In this document: positions 23,447 through 33,528 of the stretch, piece by piece
Layout of the letters: the number at the start of each line of letters is the position of its first letter
Numbering within the stretch: position 1 is the stretch's first letter
Assembly: GCF_056712565.1 (NCBI RefSeq)
Contig: NZ_CM160072.1
Length of the DNA stretch: 64,000 nt
Strand: one strand, 5' to 3'
Position numbers and translations under genes: made by a program
The notes under the pieces: model-generated
What the model was told of the DNA's origin: nothing
Database searches by the model: none
What the model saw: only the letters and a program-made list of their open reading frames with translations

Positions 23447-23869
23447 ATGACGGCGCAAATATCAGCTTACGGGCGGCTGGTGGCTGACCCGCAGTTAAAG
23501 ACCACCAGCAAGGGCACACAAATGGCGATGGCGAGTATGGCGGTCCCCCTTCCATGCAATCAGGCAGATGACGGAACGGCGACGATGTGGTTATCCGTCC
23601 TGGCGTTTGGCAGACAGGCCGACGCACTGGCAAAACACCACAAAGGCGAACTGGTGAGCGTGGCGGGTAACATGCAGGTAAGCCAGTGGACAGGCCAGAA
23701 CGGCGAAACGCGGCAGGGCTGGCAGGTTATCGCAGACAGCGTAATCAGTGCGAGAACGGCGCGACCGGGCGGCAAAAAAGGCCAGCAAGGGCAGGCTACT
23801 GACGCACTGAACAGGGCAAAACAACAGGCGGGTAACGACGATCCGTACGGGGACGGGATACCGTTTTAA
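23447..23869 (+). CDS. ssb: single-stranded DNA-binding protein (SSB)
   Basis: 140-aa ORF with OB-fold-like N-terminus, Gly/Gln-rich linker and acidic C-terminal tip ...DDPYGDGIPF typical of SSB. Confidence 0.75.
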   Translation: MTAQISAYGRLVADPQLKTTSKGTQMAMASMAVPLPCNQADDGTATMWLSVLAFGRQADALAKHHKGELVSVAGNMQVSQWTGQNGETRQGWQVIADSVISARTARPGGKKGQQGQATDALNRAKQQAGNDDPYGDGIPF

Positions 23870-23905
23870 TTCACAACAGCGAACAGAGTAATTACAGGGG
23901 AAGGC

Positions 23906-24403
23906 ATGACAAAGCTGACCATAAACAGAAAACCGAAGGGCATTTACGGCACGCCGCAGAAAACAGCACAGGCGGCGCAGCAGCAGAATAAAACCACATC
24001 GGCGCATAAAGTGATGCCAGATAACCAGAACACACAGCAGAAGCTCACAGGAGCAACACCGCGGCGGCGTATGACCAAACAGCAGCGTAAAAACCGCAGA
24101 CGCGTTAACCGTCTTATTGAGCTATGGCCTGAATTATTCAGCCCGGAATCACCTAAGCCGCTTAAGGTGGGGATATTTGACGACCTGATACAGGATATTG
24201 CCGCGAGAGGTATTTCACTCGGACAGGGAACACTACGCGCAACGCTGGCGCGTTATGTGCAGACTCCGCGCTATTACCGCGCCCTGGTAGCTGGTGGCGC
24301 GCGTTACGACCTGAAAGGCCAGCCGTGCGGCGAGGTAACACCACTACAACAGACGCACGCAGGAAAACTACTGGAGGAGATGAATGGAAATAGTAAGAAA
24401 TGA
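23906..24403 (+). CDS. FinO/ProQ-domain RNA-binding protein
   Basis: 165-aa ORF; [82 protein letters not shown] matches the FinO/ProQ N-terminal domain pattern (PLKIGI...LR.AL..YT.S..YL....GA.R.DL.G...G.V). Confidence 0.7.
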   Translation: MTKLTINRKPKGIYGTPQKTAQAAQQQNKTTSAHKVMPDNQNTQQKLTGATPRRRMTKQQRKNRRRVNRLIELWPELFSPESPKPLKVGIFDDLIQDIAARGISLGQGTLRATLARYVQTPRYYRALVAGGARYDLKGQPCGEVTPLQQTHAGKLLEEMNGNSKK

Positions 24404-24800
24404 TCACGCACATGGTCGCCGTGCAGGTGATCACATTGTGGATGAAATGGCGGAAAAACAAAGAGTTGACATTATTGTCAGTGTCACAGTCGAGAGCGCG
24501 AAGCGCCAAAATAAGCGTATAAATGATCGTTCAGATGTACATGGTGTGATCACTCGTTTACGCCAGACTTTTGTAACTCGTGAAGAGATGATTGAAGCTA
24601 TTGACCAGCATACAGCATGTATCAGCGTCAGGGATATACCGGAGGTCATTGCTAACTACTTCATGATCACCAGACGCCTTTACCGGAGAAAAGACAAGAG
24701 CACGGTTAACCGTCTCCTGATGTCTGATATTCGCGAATACCTGCAAGAAAGGGGCTATGTGAATCCACCAGAACAGCGCTACGGAAGAGTCGGAGGCTAA
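24384..24800 (+). CDS. hypothetical protein (138 aa), start overlaps FinO-like gene
   Basis: ORF with 20-bp overlap with upstream gene; no family recognised. Confidence 0.4.
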   Translation: MEIVRNDHAHGRRAGDHIVDEMAEKQRVDIIVSVTVESAKRQNKRINDRSDVHGVITRLRQTFVTREEMIEAIDQHTACISVRDIPEVIANYFMITRRLYRRKDKSTVNRLLMSDIREYLQERGYVNPPEQRYGRVGG

Positions 24801-25166
24801 CTAAAACCCTGTACCGAAGAGCGGCGGCGCGATGGGGTGAAGTAATGCAGTTGGGAAACTGATAAGGAACGGTATTACATATCAATGCGACGACTGGAAT
24901 GTTCCAGGAAGGCACAGAGGCCACCGAAGCAACCGGATAATTTAGAAGACCTGAAACGGTCGCTTAAACGCACTGAAAAAGAAATGGGGATAGATGGGAT
25001 CGGGAAATCAGTATGGCGTAACTACCAGAAGTAAGCACAGAGCCGGAGCAATCCGGCTTTTTTTGGGGCTGAAATCAATCAATCTGTTTTTGTGATAGAA
25101 ATATGTTTATCTACCACTTTTTCAGATCAATAATGTGCATAGTTTAGTCAGTAAGAGGAAATTGCT

Positions 25167-25373
25167 GTGAATTGTATTAACGACCTGAACACAGGCGATG
25201 TCAGAGGTGGTTCCGTTCATCTGGATGCACAGACCGTGATGCGCATTAAGCAGTACAGAATCGACCATGTGAACAATCACCCTGATCAGCCATTACCAGG
25301 CGTGGCGCAGATTGTCAGACATGCCGTAAACGCCTGGCTTAATCAGAATGGTTTTGCATCGGGGGGTGAGTAA
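25167..25373 (+). CDS. small hypothetical protein (68 aa) upstream of large-protein operon
   Basis: ORF only; GTG/ATG start ambiguous. Confidence 0.3.
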   Translation: MNCINDLNTGDVRGGSVHLDAQTVMRIKQYRIDHVNNHPDQPLPGVAQIVRHAVNAWLNQNGFASGGE

Positions 25374-25469
25374 TGAATCGCTGGTACAGCATCAAAGCAG
25401 AGGGACGCCAATGTTATCTAACTCAGGTTTTATGAATTCTGACTCCCGATTCAAAATAGGAGGTTACTA

Positions 25470-28001
25470 ATGCCAGTCGTACCAACAGTATCCGGACGTC
25501 AGGTTGAGAGCCGTGGAGTTCAGTCAGCAGGCTTGCAGACGTTTTCTCAGCCAGGTATTAGTGATGCTTTTGTTCGTGCAGGAGCAGAGGCAATTGATGT
25601 TCTGGGTCAGGCAAAACAGCGTGCCAATATTGCCTTGGTTCAGGAGGCATCCCTTAAACTCAGTCAGACAGGCAGTGATCTGCTGAATAATCCTGAAACA
25701 GGATTGCTTAACCTGAAAGGGAAAAATGCTATTGGAAAAGGCCATGAGTATACGCAGCAGTTTGATGCTCAGGTCGAACAACTGGCTATGTCGCTGCCGG
25801 ATGAACAGGCCCGTAATGCTTTCATGCAGCAGGCACAGCAGCAGCGCATTCAGTTCACTACGCAGGCCGGGCGGTACGAGATCGGGCAAATAAATGCCTA
25901 CGAAGAAGGCCAGTTTCAGGCTACGCTGCTGAACAATGGTAAAAATGCCGCAGCATTGTATGGCGACAACGCCGCATACGTATTGGCTAATAAGCAAACT
26001 TTCCAGCAAATTGAGGAGTACGGCATTGCGCATGGCTGGAGCGACGAGCAGATTCGGGCCAGGAAAATCGAGTTTAAAGAAGCAACAGCAAAAGCAACTG
26101 CTCAAAATGCTATTGGAGCAAACTATCTTCAGGTAAGACAGCAAAACGGCGAGTTAAGCGATACTGCTGCTGGAGCTCGCCGTGCTGTAGCAGATAGTGG
26201 ATCTTCCGATCGTACCCGCGGTATACGCAACAATAACCCCGGCAATCTTGAATACAGCAAAACTAATCCGTGGGTTGGGCAGACTGGTGATGATGGTCGC
26301 TTTGCTAAATTCGAAACACCTGAACACGGTATTCGTGCATTAGGGCGGAACCTGATGTCGTATCAGCGGCAGGGTATTGATACCGTCAGCGAGATAATTA
26401 ATCGCTGGGCACCGCCTACTGATAAAAATGACACTATGTCGTATATCAAAGCAGTGTGCGAACAACTTGGCGTTTCTGCTGATGATCCTATAGATGCATC
26501 TAATCCGGATACCCTGAAGGCGCTTTGTGCAGCCATTATCCATCATGAAAACGGTAGCCAGCCATACAGTGATCAGCAGTTAACTGCAGGTGTTAGTGCT
26601 GCGCTGGGGCTTTCTCAGCTACCGACAAAAAATAAACGTTATACCGGTGTAGCCTGGTTCGATGCTTTAAGTGAATCGGATCAGGCCAGCGTGTTGCGAC
26701 AGACTGATGCACTAGCCAGACAACAGCAGGCTGAATATAAAACGATGCTCGACAGCCAGGTTCGCGATGCGACAGCTGCGTATATGCGTGGCGTTGAATT
26801 TCCTAACCCACCAGGTGAGGCTGATTTTATTGCAGCTTATGGCGTCAGAGAAGGAAACCTGCGATATACCGAGTTCAGAAATACGCAGATCGCCGGACAG
26901 TATATAGGCTCTTTCCGCAACATGCCGACAAGCAGCATTACCGCATATGTTGAGCAATTGCGCCCGGATACTGGTGAAACAGGGGAGGGGTATGCGTCTC
27001 GTGCGAAGTTATTCGACCGGGTATCGGCGGCAGCCACGAAGGTAATAACCCAGAGGCAGAATAATCCGTTTAGTGCAGCGGTGGAAATCGGAGCCTATAA
27101 GCCGATCACCAGCAACAACCCTGACGACATCACTGCCGAGGTGGCTAACCGTTTCTCGTCGCAGGAAAGCTTACGCGCGTTGGGAATTAATGCCCCAATC
27201 CTCAACAGTGAAGAGGCGGCTGCGCTGGCACAGCAGGTGCGCGGCACTCAAAACGTTGACCAGACAATTAAACTGTTGCAGAGCATGGGGGAAAAGCTAC
27301 CTGCGCCAGCAATACGGCAGGTGGCATCTGTAATTGCTCCGAACAGTGCAGCAACAGCCTATTCTGCGCTGCTGCTGGGCACGCCGGATAATCAGTACGA
27401 TAACACCAGGCCGTCGATCCCATATAGTCAGTTCATCGGGTATAAGCCGACGATGAACAAGTACGACGTTGCAAAGGTTATTCTTTCCGGTGACCAACTA
27501 CTGAATCCGACGAAGGCTATGAAGAATGCGGGCATAACTCCGGTACAGTTGCCGAGCGAAGATAAAATGAAGCGCGCTTTCGACGAACAGGTTGGTAATG
27601 CATTTGCCCGTAACCCAGAGACGCGCCAGATCAGTTATAGCCTTTTCAAAGCCGCTTACGCAGGAATCGCTTATCAGTCTGGTAATGCGTCTATGACGAG
27701 CACAGATGCGGTTAACTCCGATGTGGCGGAGAAAGCTGCGCAGTACGCAACAGGCGGTGTATACAAGAGATTTAATGGTGGTGATGTTGTAATGCCTTTC
27801 GGCATGGATGAATCCACTTTCAAAGATCGCTATACCACATCAGCGAAACAAGCACTGAAAGATGCCGGACTTAACGTAAATGCAGTGTCAAACTTCACAC
27901 CAGTTAATATCGGCAATAACCGGTATCGGCTGGTAAATGGTAGCGGACGCTGGGCAACAGATCCCAGAACCAATGAAGCTATTGTCGTGAGGGTTGAATA
28001 A
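25470..28001 (+). CDS. large hypothetical protein A (843 aa), Q/A-rich, with conserved central segment GIRNNNPGNLEYSKTNPWVGQ...WAPPTDKNDT...HHENG
   Basis: Strong SD (aggagg) 8 nt upstream of ATG; stop overlaps next start (TAATG). Composition resembles phage internal virion / ejection or polyvalent proteins; no family confidently assigned. Confidence 0.6.
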   Translation: MPVVPTVSGRQVESRGVQSAGLQTFSQPGISDAFVRAGAEAIDVLGQAKQRANIALVQEASLKLSQTGSDLLNNPETGLLNLKGKNAIGKGHEYTQQFDAQVEQLAMSLPDEQARNAFMQQAQQQRIQFTTQAGRYEIGQINAYEEGQFQATLLNNGKNAAALYGDNAAYVLANKQTFQQIEEYGIAHGWSDEQIRARKIEFKEATAKATAQNAIGANYLQVRQQNGELSDTAAGARRAVADSGSSDRTRGIRNNNPGNLEYSKTNPWVGQTGDDGRFAKFETPEHGIRALGRNLMSYQRQGIDTVSEIINRWAPPTDKNDTMSYIKAVCEQLGVSADDPIDASNPDTLKALCAAIIHHENGSQPYSDQQLTAGVSAALGLSQLPTKNKRYTGVAWFDALSESDQASVLRQTDALARQQQAEYKTMLDSQVRDATAAYMRGVEFPNPPGEADFIAAYGVREGNLRYTEFRNTQIAGQYIGSFRNMPTSSITAYVEQLRPDTGETGEGYASRAKLFDRVSAAATKVITQRQNNPFSAAVEIGAYKPITSNNPDDITAEVANRFSSQESLRALGINAPILNSEEAAALAQQVRGTQNVDQTIKLLQSMGEKLPAPAIRQVASVIAPNSAATAYSALLLGTPDNQYDNTRPSIPYSQFIGYKPTMNKYDVAKVILSGDQLLNPTKAMKNAGITPVQLPSEDKMKRAFDEQVGNAFARNPETRQISYSLFKAAYAGIAYQSGNASMTSTDAVNSDVAEKAAQYATGGVYKRFNGGDVVMPFGMDESTFKDRYTTSAKQALKDAGLNVNAVSNFTPVNIGNNRYRLVNGSGRWATDPRTNEAIVVRVE

Positions 28002-30061
28002 TGTCTGATGTTTTTTCTTTGGCTCCAGAAGGTCAGGCATGGATTGACGACAAAACAGTTGCCAACCCAGCAAGGCCAGAAGACTACGATCCGACTCCCT
28101 TCCAGGGTTCAGGTACTGCACTTTTGAGCGGCGTGGCGGAGGGGGCTCTCGGTCTCGCGCAGTCTGCCGTCGGATTCAGCAAGCGCCTGATTAGCGATCC
28201 GGCATTTACCGCAGACGTGGCACCGACTGTTAATATTTTTCGGGAGATGTTCCCTGATGCTGACAAAACACTGAATGATACATACGACACGATCGGAAAA
28301 CAGTTACAGGATGCCCGCAGCTATGTGAAGCCTGATGCAGGCAGTCAGGGAATGGCGGCTGAGGTATTAAATGAGCTTGGTAAATTTGTTCCTGCAATCG
28401 GAACAACTATGTTTGGCGGTCCCCTCATCGGCGCTGCTACAGCTTTCAGTTCTACGTATGAGCAGTCCTATCAGGATTTTAAAGGGAAGGGAGTAGACGA
28501 GGCTACGGCGCGTAACCTGGCAACGCAGCAAAGCCTTTTCAATGCTGTGGGTATGGCCTTACCCGCTGCCGTCGGCACCACACTGGCAACGCGCATTGCC
28601 TCAGGTGTGGCAATCAACACCGGATTCGGTGGACTGAACCGTTACTCTGTCGGCGCAACACTGGAGGAAAAAGGCTACACGGAGATGGCAAAACAGTACC
28701 GGGTATTTGACGGTCAGGCGATGTTAGTCGATGCCGTTTTAGGCGGGGTCTTTGGTGGCGTTCATCACCTGACTACCCATAATAACCATGATGGTACAGA
28801 GTCGAACATTTCTGCAGAAGAAATAAAATCAACTTTTGGTGAACATTATCAGCAATCTCCTGATGGTAACATTGAGTCAATGGTTCGTGATTTATCTGAT
28901 TCAGGAGTAATAGAACTTATTAATGAACCAGCAATAAAAAATAGTGATGGAGAAATACTTCTGAATAAAGGTCATGTGACAGTAGCTTCTGGAAAAGAAC
29001 CAATAATAAGAATAAATATTAATGGATTAAAAGATCATGAAGAACTGTTAGAAACCCTTCATCACGAGGCGCTTCATCTTGAGCAGCGCCATTACCCTGA
29101 CTGGAAGGCCAGAAAGCTAGCTAATGCTGTACTTAAATCTGCAAACAAGCATTCTGACTATCCTGAATTTGCATATGGGATGTCACAATATTATGAATAT
29201 AAGAAAAGGGGTGAGTACCCTGAAACATATCCTGAGTGGTTGTACGCTGAAGAAGTTGCCGCACATGCAGTAAATCCATCTCTAAAGACAAGCGTTTCAT
29301 CATGGGAAAAAATTATTTCAGGTTTTAAAGCCTATATATTCAGATACAGTGGTATTCAGGTTGGAACCGTTACACCTGAGCAGTTACGGTTACTCGTAAG
29401 TATGCGTCTTCGCAATATGAAACTGGAAGCCGCAGTCGAAAAAGTTTTTGGTATCCGGGCAAGGGAAAGAATAAAACCAAGCGATATTGATGCAGCCCAC
29501 ATTTTGAATGAGGGGCTTCATTACGATATTGAATCGTCACCAGTGCTTCACACCAGCAATGAGAGCATCAACAGCCATGTTGACGCCATGGATGAAGCAT
29601 ACAGGCAACTTAATGATGGTCAGCCTGTAAATGTTGGGGGGATGGCGCGAGGGCTTGATGGTCCATTGCGATCAGATATATCTGATACTTACCAAGAGCA
29701 ATACCATGAAATACAAAAGGTTTTTGAAGAAAATGGTGTCAGATATGAAACATCATCAGAGCCAATTAGTGAATCGCCTGTCCCTCGTGCTGAAAGTGCT
29801 TTCTCATCGGCTGGTGAACACAGAGGGGACGTCAGCGTTGATCCAGATACAGGGCAGGTTCTCTCATCCAACAGCTATGACCTTATGGCTGCCAGAGACA
29901 TGGCTGTTGCCAATCCTGAGCTGACTATAGCTCACCCGGAAACCGGAAACCCGACAAAACTTTCTGATCTCCTGGCTGAGTTGGATGAACAGATTAAGAC
30001 AGTCCAGAACGAATCGAAGGTTTATTCTGTAGCGGCAGCGTGCTTCTTGAGGAACCCATAA
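28001..30061 (+). CDS. large hypothetical protein B (686 aa) with glycine-zipper-like hydrophobic N-terminal region and HExxH zinc-metallopeptidase motif (LHHEALHLEQRH)
   Basis: Translationally coupled on both sides; HEALH motif encoded within a conspicuously AT-rich segment (about 28790..29350). Confidence 0.6.
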   Translation: MSDVFSLAPEGQAWIDDKTVANPARPEDYDPTPFQGSGTALLSGVAEGALGLAQSAVGFSKRLISDPAFTADVAPTVNIFREMFPDADKTLNDTYDTIGKQLQDARSYVKPDAGSQGMAAEVLNELGKFVPAIGTTMFGGPLIGAATAFSSTYEQSYQDFKGKGVDEATARNLATQQSLFNAVGMALPAAVGTTLATRIASGVAINTGFGGLNRYSVGATLEEKGYTEMAKQYRVFDGQAMLVDAVLGGVFGGVHHLTTHNNHDGTESNISAEEIKSTFGEHYQQSPDGNIESMVRDLSDSGVIELINEPAIKNSDGEILLNKGHVTVASGKEPIIRININGLKDHEELLETLHHEALHLEQRHYPDWKARKLANAVLKSANKHSDYPEFAYGMSQYYEYKKRGEYPETYPEWLYAEEVAAHAVNPSLKTSVSSWEKIISGFKAYIFRYSGIQVGTVTPEQLRLLVSMRLRNMKLEAAVEKVFGIRARERIKPSDIDAAHILNEGLHYDIESSPVLHTSNESINSHVDAMDEAYRQLNDGQPVNVGGMARGLDGPLRSDISDTYQEQYHEIQKVFEENGVRYETSSEPISESPVPRAESAFSSAGEHRGDVSVDPDTGQVLSSNSYDLMAARDMAVANPELTIAHPETGNPTKLSDLLAELDEQIKTVQNESKVYSVAAACFLRNP

Positions 30062-32817
30062 TGAAACAGGCATGTGTTGAAGCTATTGCGCAGACACTTG
30101 GTCGCCAGCCAAAGGCTGATGAGCTGAAAAATATCGAAGATCGTATCAAAGAAGCAGTGCAACATGTGCACAGAAAGAATGCAAAAGAAGGCAAAAGTGG
30201 TATTCCTGATGCTCAAACATACATGGATGCTGCAGAACTGGTACGCCAGCGTGTGGTTCATGATGTGTACAAGAAAAGACAGCGTGTTGCCCAGAATGCG
30301 ATCGCCATCAGTAAAATTACTGACACTCTCGATGCTAACATCCCGCCTGATCAGCAGACACCTGTTAATTTGCAGCAGTTTATTTTTGCTGGCCGACGAT
30401 CGAGAGACAAAGCTGATATCTCCGTTGCTTCTGCTGAAGAGCTTGCAATTGGGGCATATCAGGACTGGTCCCGTCAGCTCAGTGCTGAACTTCTAAAAGC
30501 AGGTGATGACGTCCGCAAATTCTTCGAGCAGAGCAGGGCGCTTGGAGAGCAGCGGTTTCGGAGTGTATTCGACAGGCAGGCGGCAAAGTCTGCACAACTC
30601 CAGATCCTGAAAGAAATTTATGGCGAAGATACCGGGAATCCCCTGGCGAAGAAAATTGCACAGATTTGGAAGGATGTAACAGGCCGTGTTCGTCATGAGA
30701 TGAACGACAACGGCTTTGACATAGGCCTGCGAGAAGACTGGCATACGCCATATGTGGATGATGCTGACCTTATTCGCAATGCCGGGCGCGAAGAATGGCT
30801 GGCATCGTTACCAGTGGCAGAGCAAGCTACAGCACGTCTTTCAGGTCGCCAGCCACCGATTGAGTTTGCCCGCCAGAAATGGGTTGATGACGCTTACAAC
30901 ACGCAGGATCGCAGCAATTACGTTAATCCTGACGGCAGCATTATGAATGACGTCGAGTACCGTCAGGCACTGGAAGCGATCTTTGAAACGAAGGCCACTG
31001 ATGGGGCAAACAAAATTGAGCCCGGTACATTTATGGGAGCCGGAGGAATAAAGAGCCGTGGTTCTCAGCACAGGGTGATGGCGTTCAAGGATGCGCAGTC
31101 ACACTTCGCCTATATGGAGCGATACACTCAGCAGCCGCTGGTGGGGGTGATGATGTCGCACCTGCAATCATCATCCAGGGATTTGGGCGTCGTTAAAGCC
31201 TTTGGTCCGGACGCCGAAAGAAACTTTTCCCTGGTACTGGATCGCATCTATAAGCGCGCAGTAACAGGCGGGAAACGCAAAAAAGAAATGGAGGATGAGG
31301 CCAAATTAGTAGCCCGTATGTTCAACTCAATGGCTGGCCTAAATGGTGTCGCTTCATCGAGTGTGTTCTCTTCAGCTGTTGGTGGTCTGCGTAACCTGAT
31401 GACCAGCGCCATGCTTGGCACCAGCGTACTGACAGCAACCAGCGACCAGGCAATTATGCGGGCAAATGCGCAGGCGCTGGGCTTTACCCGTGGTGGAATG
31501 CGGCTTTCCGTTAACACTATCAAAAACCTGTTTAGTGGAGATGCCAAAAAGGCGAATGCTGAACTCGGTCTGCTGGTGGATTCACATGCTGCTGTGGTTT
31601 CGAAAATGGGCGGGTTTGACTTGTCTCGCGGCATAACTGGCTGGTTCGCAGAGAAGACACTGAAGTGGTCCGGGCTGATCGCTATGGACCGCGCAAACAA
31701 AGCGTCGTTTGGTCTCCTGATGTACAAAAACATTGGCGAGCTGACCAGAAAATTTAAGACGCTGGACGATATGAAAGGAACCGATAAAACCATTCTGGCT
31801 AACAAGGGATGGAGCAATGAGGACTGGGCCATCATGGCAGCGGCAGAACTCAGGCCGATGACTACTGCCGGGCATATGGGGATGACGCCAGACGCGATTT
31901 ACGCTGTGCCCGATAACGTAATCGCCGACATTATGGCAGACCGTATTACCCGGATTCGTGCCGGGAGTGAAAAGGCACTGGCAGCACTTGGAGATCTCCC
32001 TCCAGAACGCCTGAAACGGATGAAAGAAGCATTCGACGCTGAGGCTGAGCAGACCATCACGCGCATGATTCGTAATGCACGCGCTGAAGCAGCCCATAAA
32101 TTGCTGGGAATTACGCACGGTGAGATGACCAATGCTGTGACCACCGCTACGGGTATTGATACATATGCCCGTGATGATGCTGGCGAGTTAATGAAGAGCT
32201 TCATGCTCTTCAAAACAACCCCATTTGCTGGATTTCGGCAACTTGTTAACAGAACACGGGATTTGGACACCGTTCCGGCCATTAAATTTCTGGCCTCATA
32301 TATCGGGGGAACAACTCTTGCTGGTATGTTTGCGATCCAGATGAACAGTTTGTTAAATGGTAATGATCCGCTGGATATGACAAAACCAACCACATGGGTT
32401 CAGGCTTTACTGAAAGGTGGTTCGTTCGGTATCTACGGTGATTTTATTTTCCAGGACCATACGCAATATGGCTCCAGCATCGGTGCCACTATGGGTGGCC
32501 CTGTGTTGAGCTTTGCAGAGCAGTTAACAAAATTACTGATTACTAACCCACAGAAGGCTCTACAGGGTGAAGAAACATCATTCGGTGCCGATGCACTGAA
32601 AACAGCCCGCATGATCACCCCATTCGCAAACCTGTGGTATGCGAAAGCGATAACCAATCACCTGATATTGCAACAACTTCAGGAGATGGCAAACCCTGGT
32701 TACAATGATCGAGTAAGGGACCGCGCGCAACGGGAGTTCGACATAACGAGTTGGTGGGAACCGGGTGCTATTGCGCCACGTAGAGCACCGGATTTTGGAA
32801 AGGCGGTAGGGGAATGA
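30061..32817 (+). CDS. large hypothetical protein C (about 918 aa)
   Basis: ATG at 30061 overlaps stop of protein B (TAATG); ORF track offers an upstream GTG at 30040. Stop overlaps start of the next small ORF (ATGA). Confidence 0.6.
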   Translation: MKQACVEAIAQTLGRQPKADELKNIEDRIKEAVQHVHRKNAKEGKSGIPDAQTYMDAAELVRQRVVHDVYKKRQRVAQNAIAISKITDTLDANIPPDQQTPVNLQQFIFAGRRSRDKADISVASAEELAIGAYQDWSRQLSAELLKAGDDVRKFFEQSRALGEQRFRSVFDRQAAKSAQLQILKEIYGEDTGNPLAKKIAQIWKDVTGRVRHEMNDNGFDIGLREDWHTPYVDDADLIRNAGREEWLASLPVAEQATARLSGRQPPIEFARQKWVDDAYNTQDRSNYVNPDGSIMNDVEYRQALEAIFETKATDGANKIEPGTFMGAGGIKSRGSQHRVMAFKDAQSHFAYMERYTQQPLVGVMMSHLQSSSRDLGVVKAFGPDAERNFSLVLDRIYKRAVTGGKRKKEMEDEAKLVARMFNSMAGLNGVASSSVFSSAVGGLRNLMTSAMLGTSVLTATSDQAIMRANAQALGFTRGGMRLSVNTIKNLFSGDAKKANAELGLLVDSHAAVVSKMGGFDLSRGITGWFAEKTLKWSGLIAMDRANKASFGLLMYKNIGELTRKFKTLDDMKGTDKTILANKGWSNEDWAIMAAAELRPMTTAGHMGMTPDAIYAVPDNVIADIMADRITRIRAGSEKALAALGDLPPERLKRMKEAFDAEAEQTITRMIRNARAEAAHKLLGITHGEMTNAVTTATGIDTYARDDAGELMKSFMLFKTTPFAGFRQLVNRTRDLDTVPAIKFLASYIGGTTLAGMFAIQMNSLLNGNDPLDMTKPTTWVQALLKGGSFGIYGDFIFQDHTQYGSSIGATMGGPVLSFAEQLTKLLITNPQKALQGEETSFGADALKTARMITPFANLWYAKAITNHLILQQLQEMANPGYNDRVRDRAQREFDITSWWEPGAIAPRRAPDFGKAVGE

Positions 32818-33155
32818 AAAAGTTAAATACACCAACCAAAAGAGTTGGGGGGCTTCTGATTGTCATTGGAATTATATTTATACTTGCATCTATAATAGAA
32901 ATATCAAGTAATGAGTTTGCTATTTCTGATAGTCCATATTATCGATCGCTAAATGCATATGATATTATTTTTATGTATTTAGAGCGAATTACAGATACTT
33001 TCATCATGACTCTAACATTTCAAACATGGAGTAGCCGTTTCAGTATATTAATGTTAGTAGGGTTTTGTTTATTTATTGTTGGTGTTCTTATTTCATATTT
33101 TTACGATGCTGGAATTGGCAGGGTTGTTAAGTGGATAAGAACGGGTAATTGGTGA
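32814..33155 (+). CDS. small hydrophobic protein (113 aa, two predicted TM segments), AT-rich gene
   Basis: Start ATG overlaps stop of protein C; hydrophobic stretches GLLIVIGIIFILASII and FSILMLVGFCLFIVGVLISYF; markedly lower GC than flanks. Confidence 0.5.
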   Translation: MKKLNTPTKRVGGLLIVIGIIFILASIIEISSNEFAISDSPYYRSLNAYDIIFMYLERITDTFIMTLTFQTWSSRFSILMLVGFCLFIVGVLISYFYDAGIGRVVKWIRTGNW

Positions 33156-33237
33156 TTATAAGCAAGCTATTGGTTTCATTGTTTATATCGTTGTCGGAAC
33201 TTTTTCAACTGACAGCAATCATAGCCGGGCTTGAATC

Positions 33238-33528
33238 GTGGTGGGGATTGCACTGGATAATTGCAGCCCCATTGCTTTCATCGTGAGCTATATTCCATTT
33301 GTTGGAGCGATTGTTGGTATGGTTGGCGCTATGGATGTATGGTGTTGGGAGTGGTGGCAGGCTGGCCTTCTATTCTTTGGTGGATCATCTTTGCTATTGT
33401 CAGCGGTGGAATGTCATCATTTTTCGAATGGCTATCATTCAGAAAAAGAGCGTGACATGTCACAGGCCGCTTTCGCGGCCTTGTTTTTAACGAATGCCAC
33501 CGCCGCCCGGGCGGGAATCCGCAGATAA
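33238..33528 (+). CDS. possible small membrane protein (96 aa); reading frame uncertain (three overlapping ORFs)
   Basis: Hydrophobic segments; alternative frames 33261..33455 and 33299..33490 also open. Confidence 0.3.
   Translation: MVGIALDNCSPIAFIVSYIPFVGAIVGMVGAMDVWCWEWWQAGLLFFGGSSLLLSAVECHHFSNGYHSEKERDMSQAAFAALFLTNATAARAGIRR

Noticed and set aside
25524-26144. 206-aa minus-strand ORF antisense to giant protein A, and many other 60-200 aa antisense ORFs inside the large genes
   Set aside because: Embedded antisense within long, strongly supported coding frames; Cys/Leu-rich junk-like translations.
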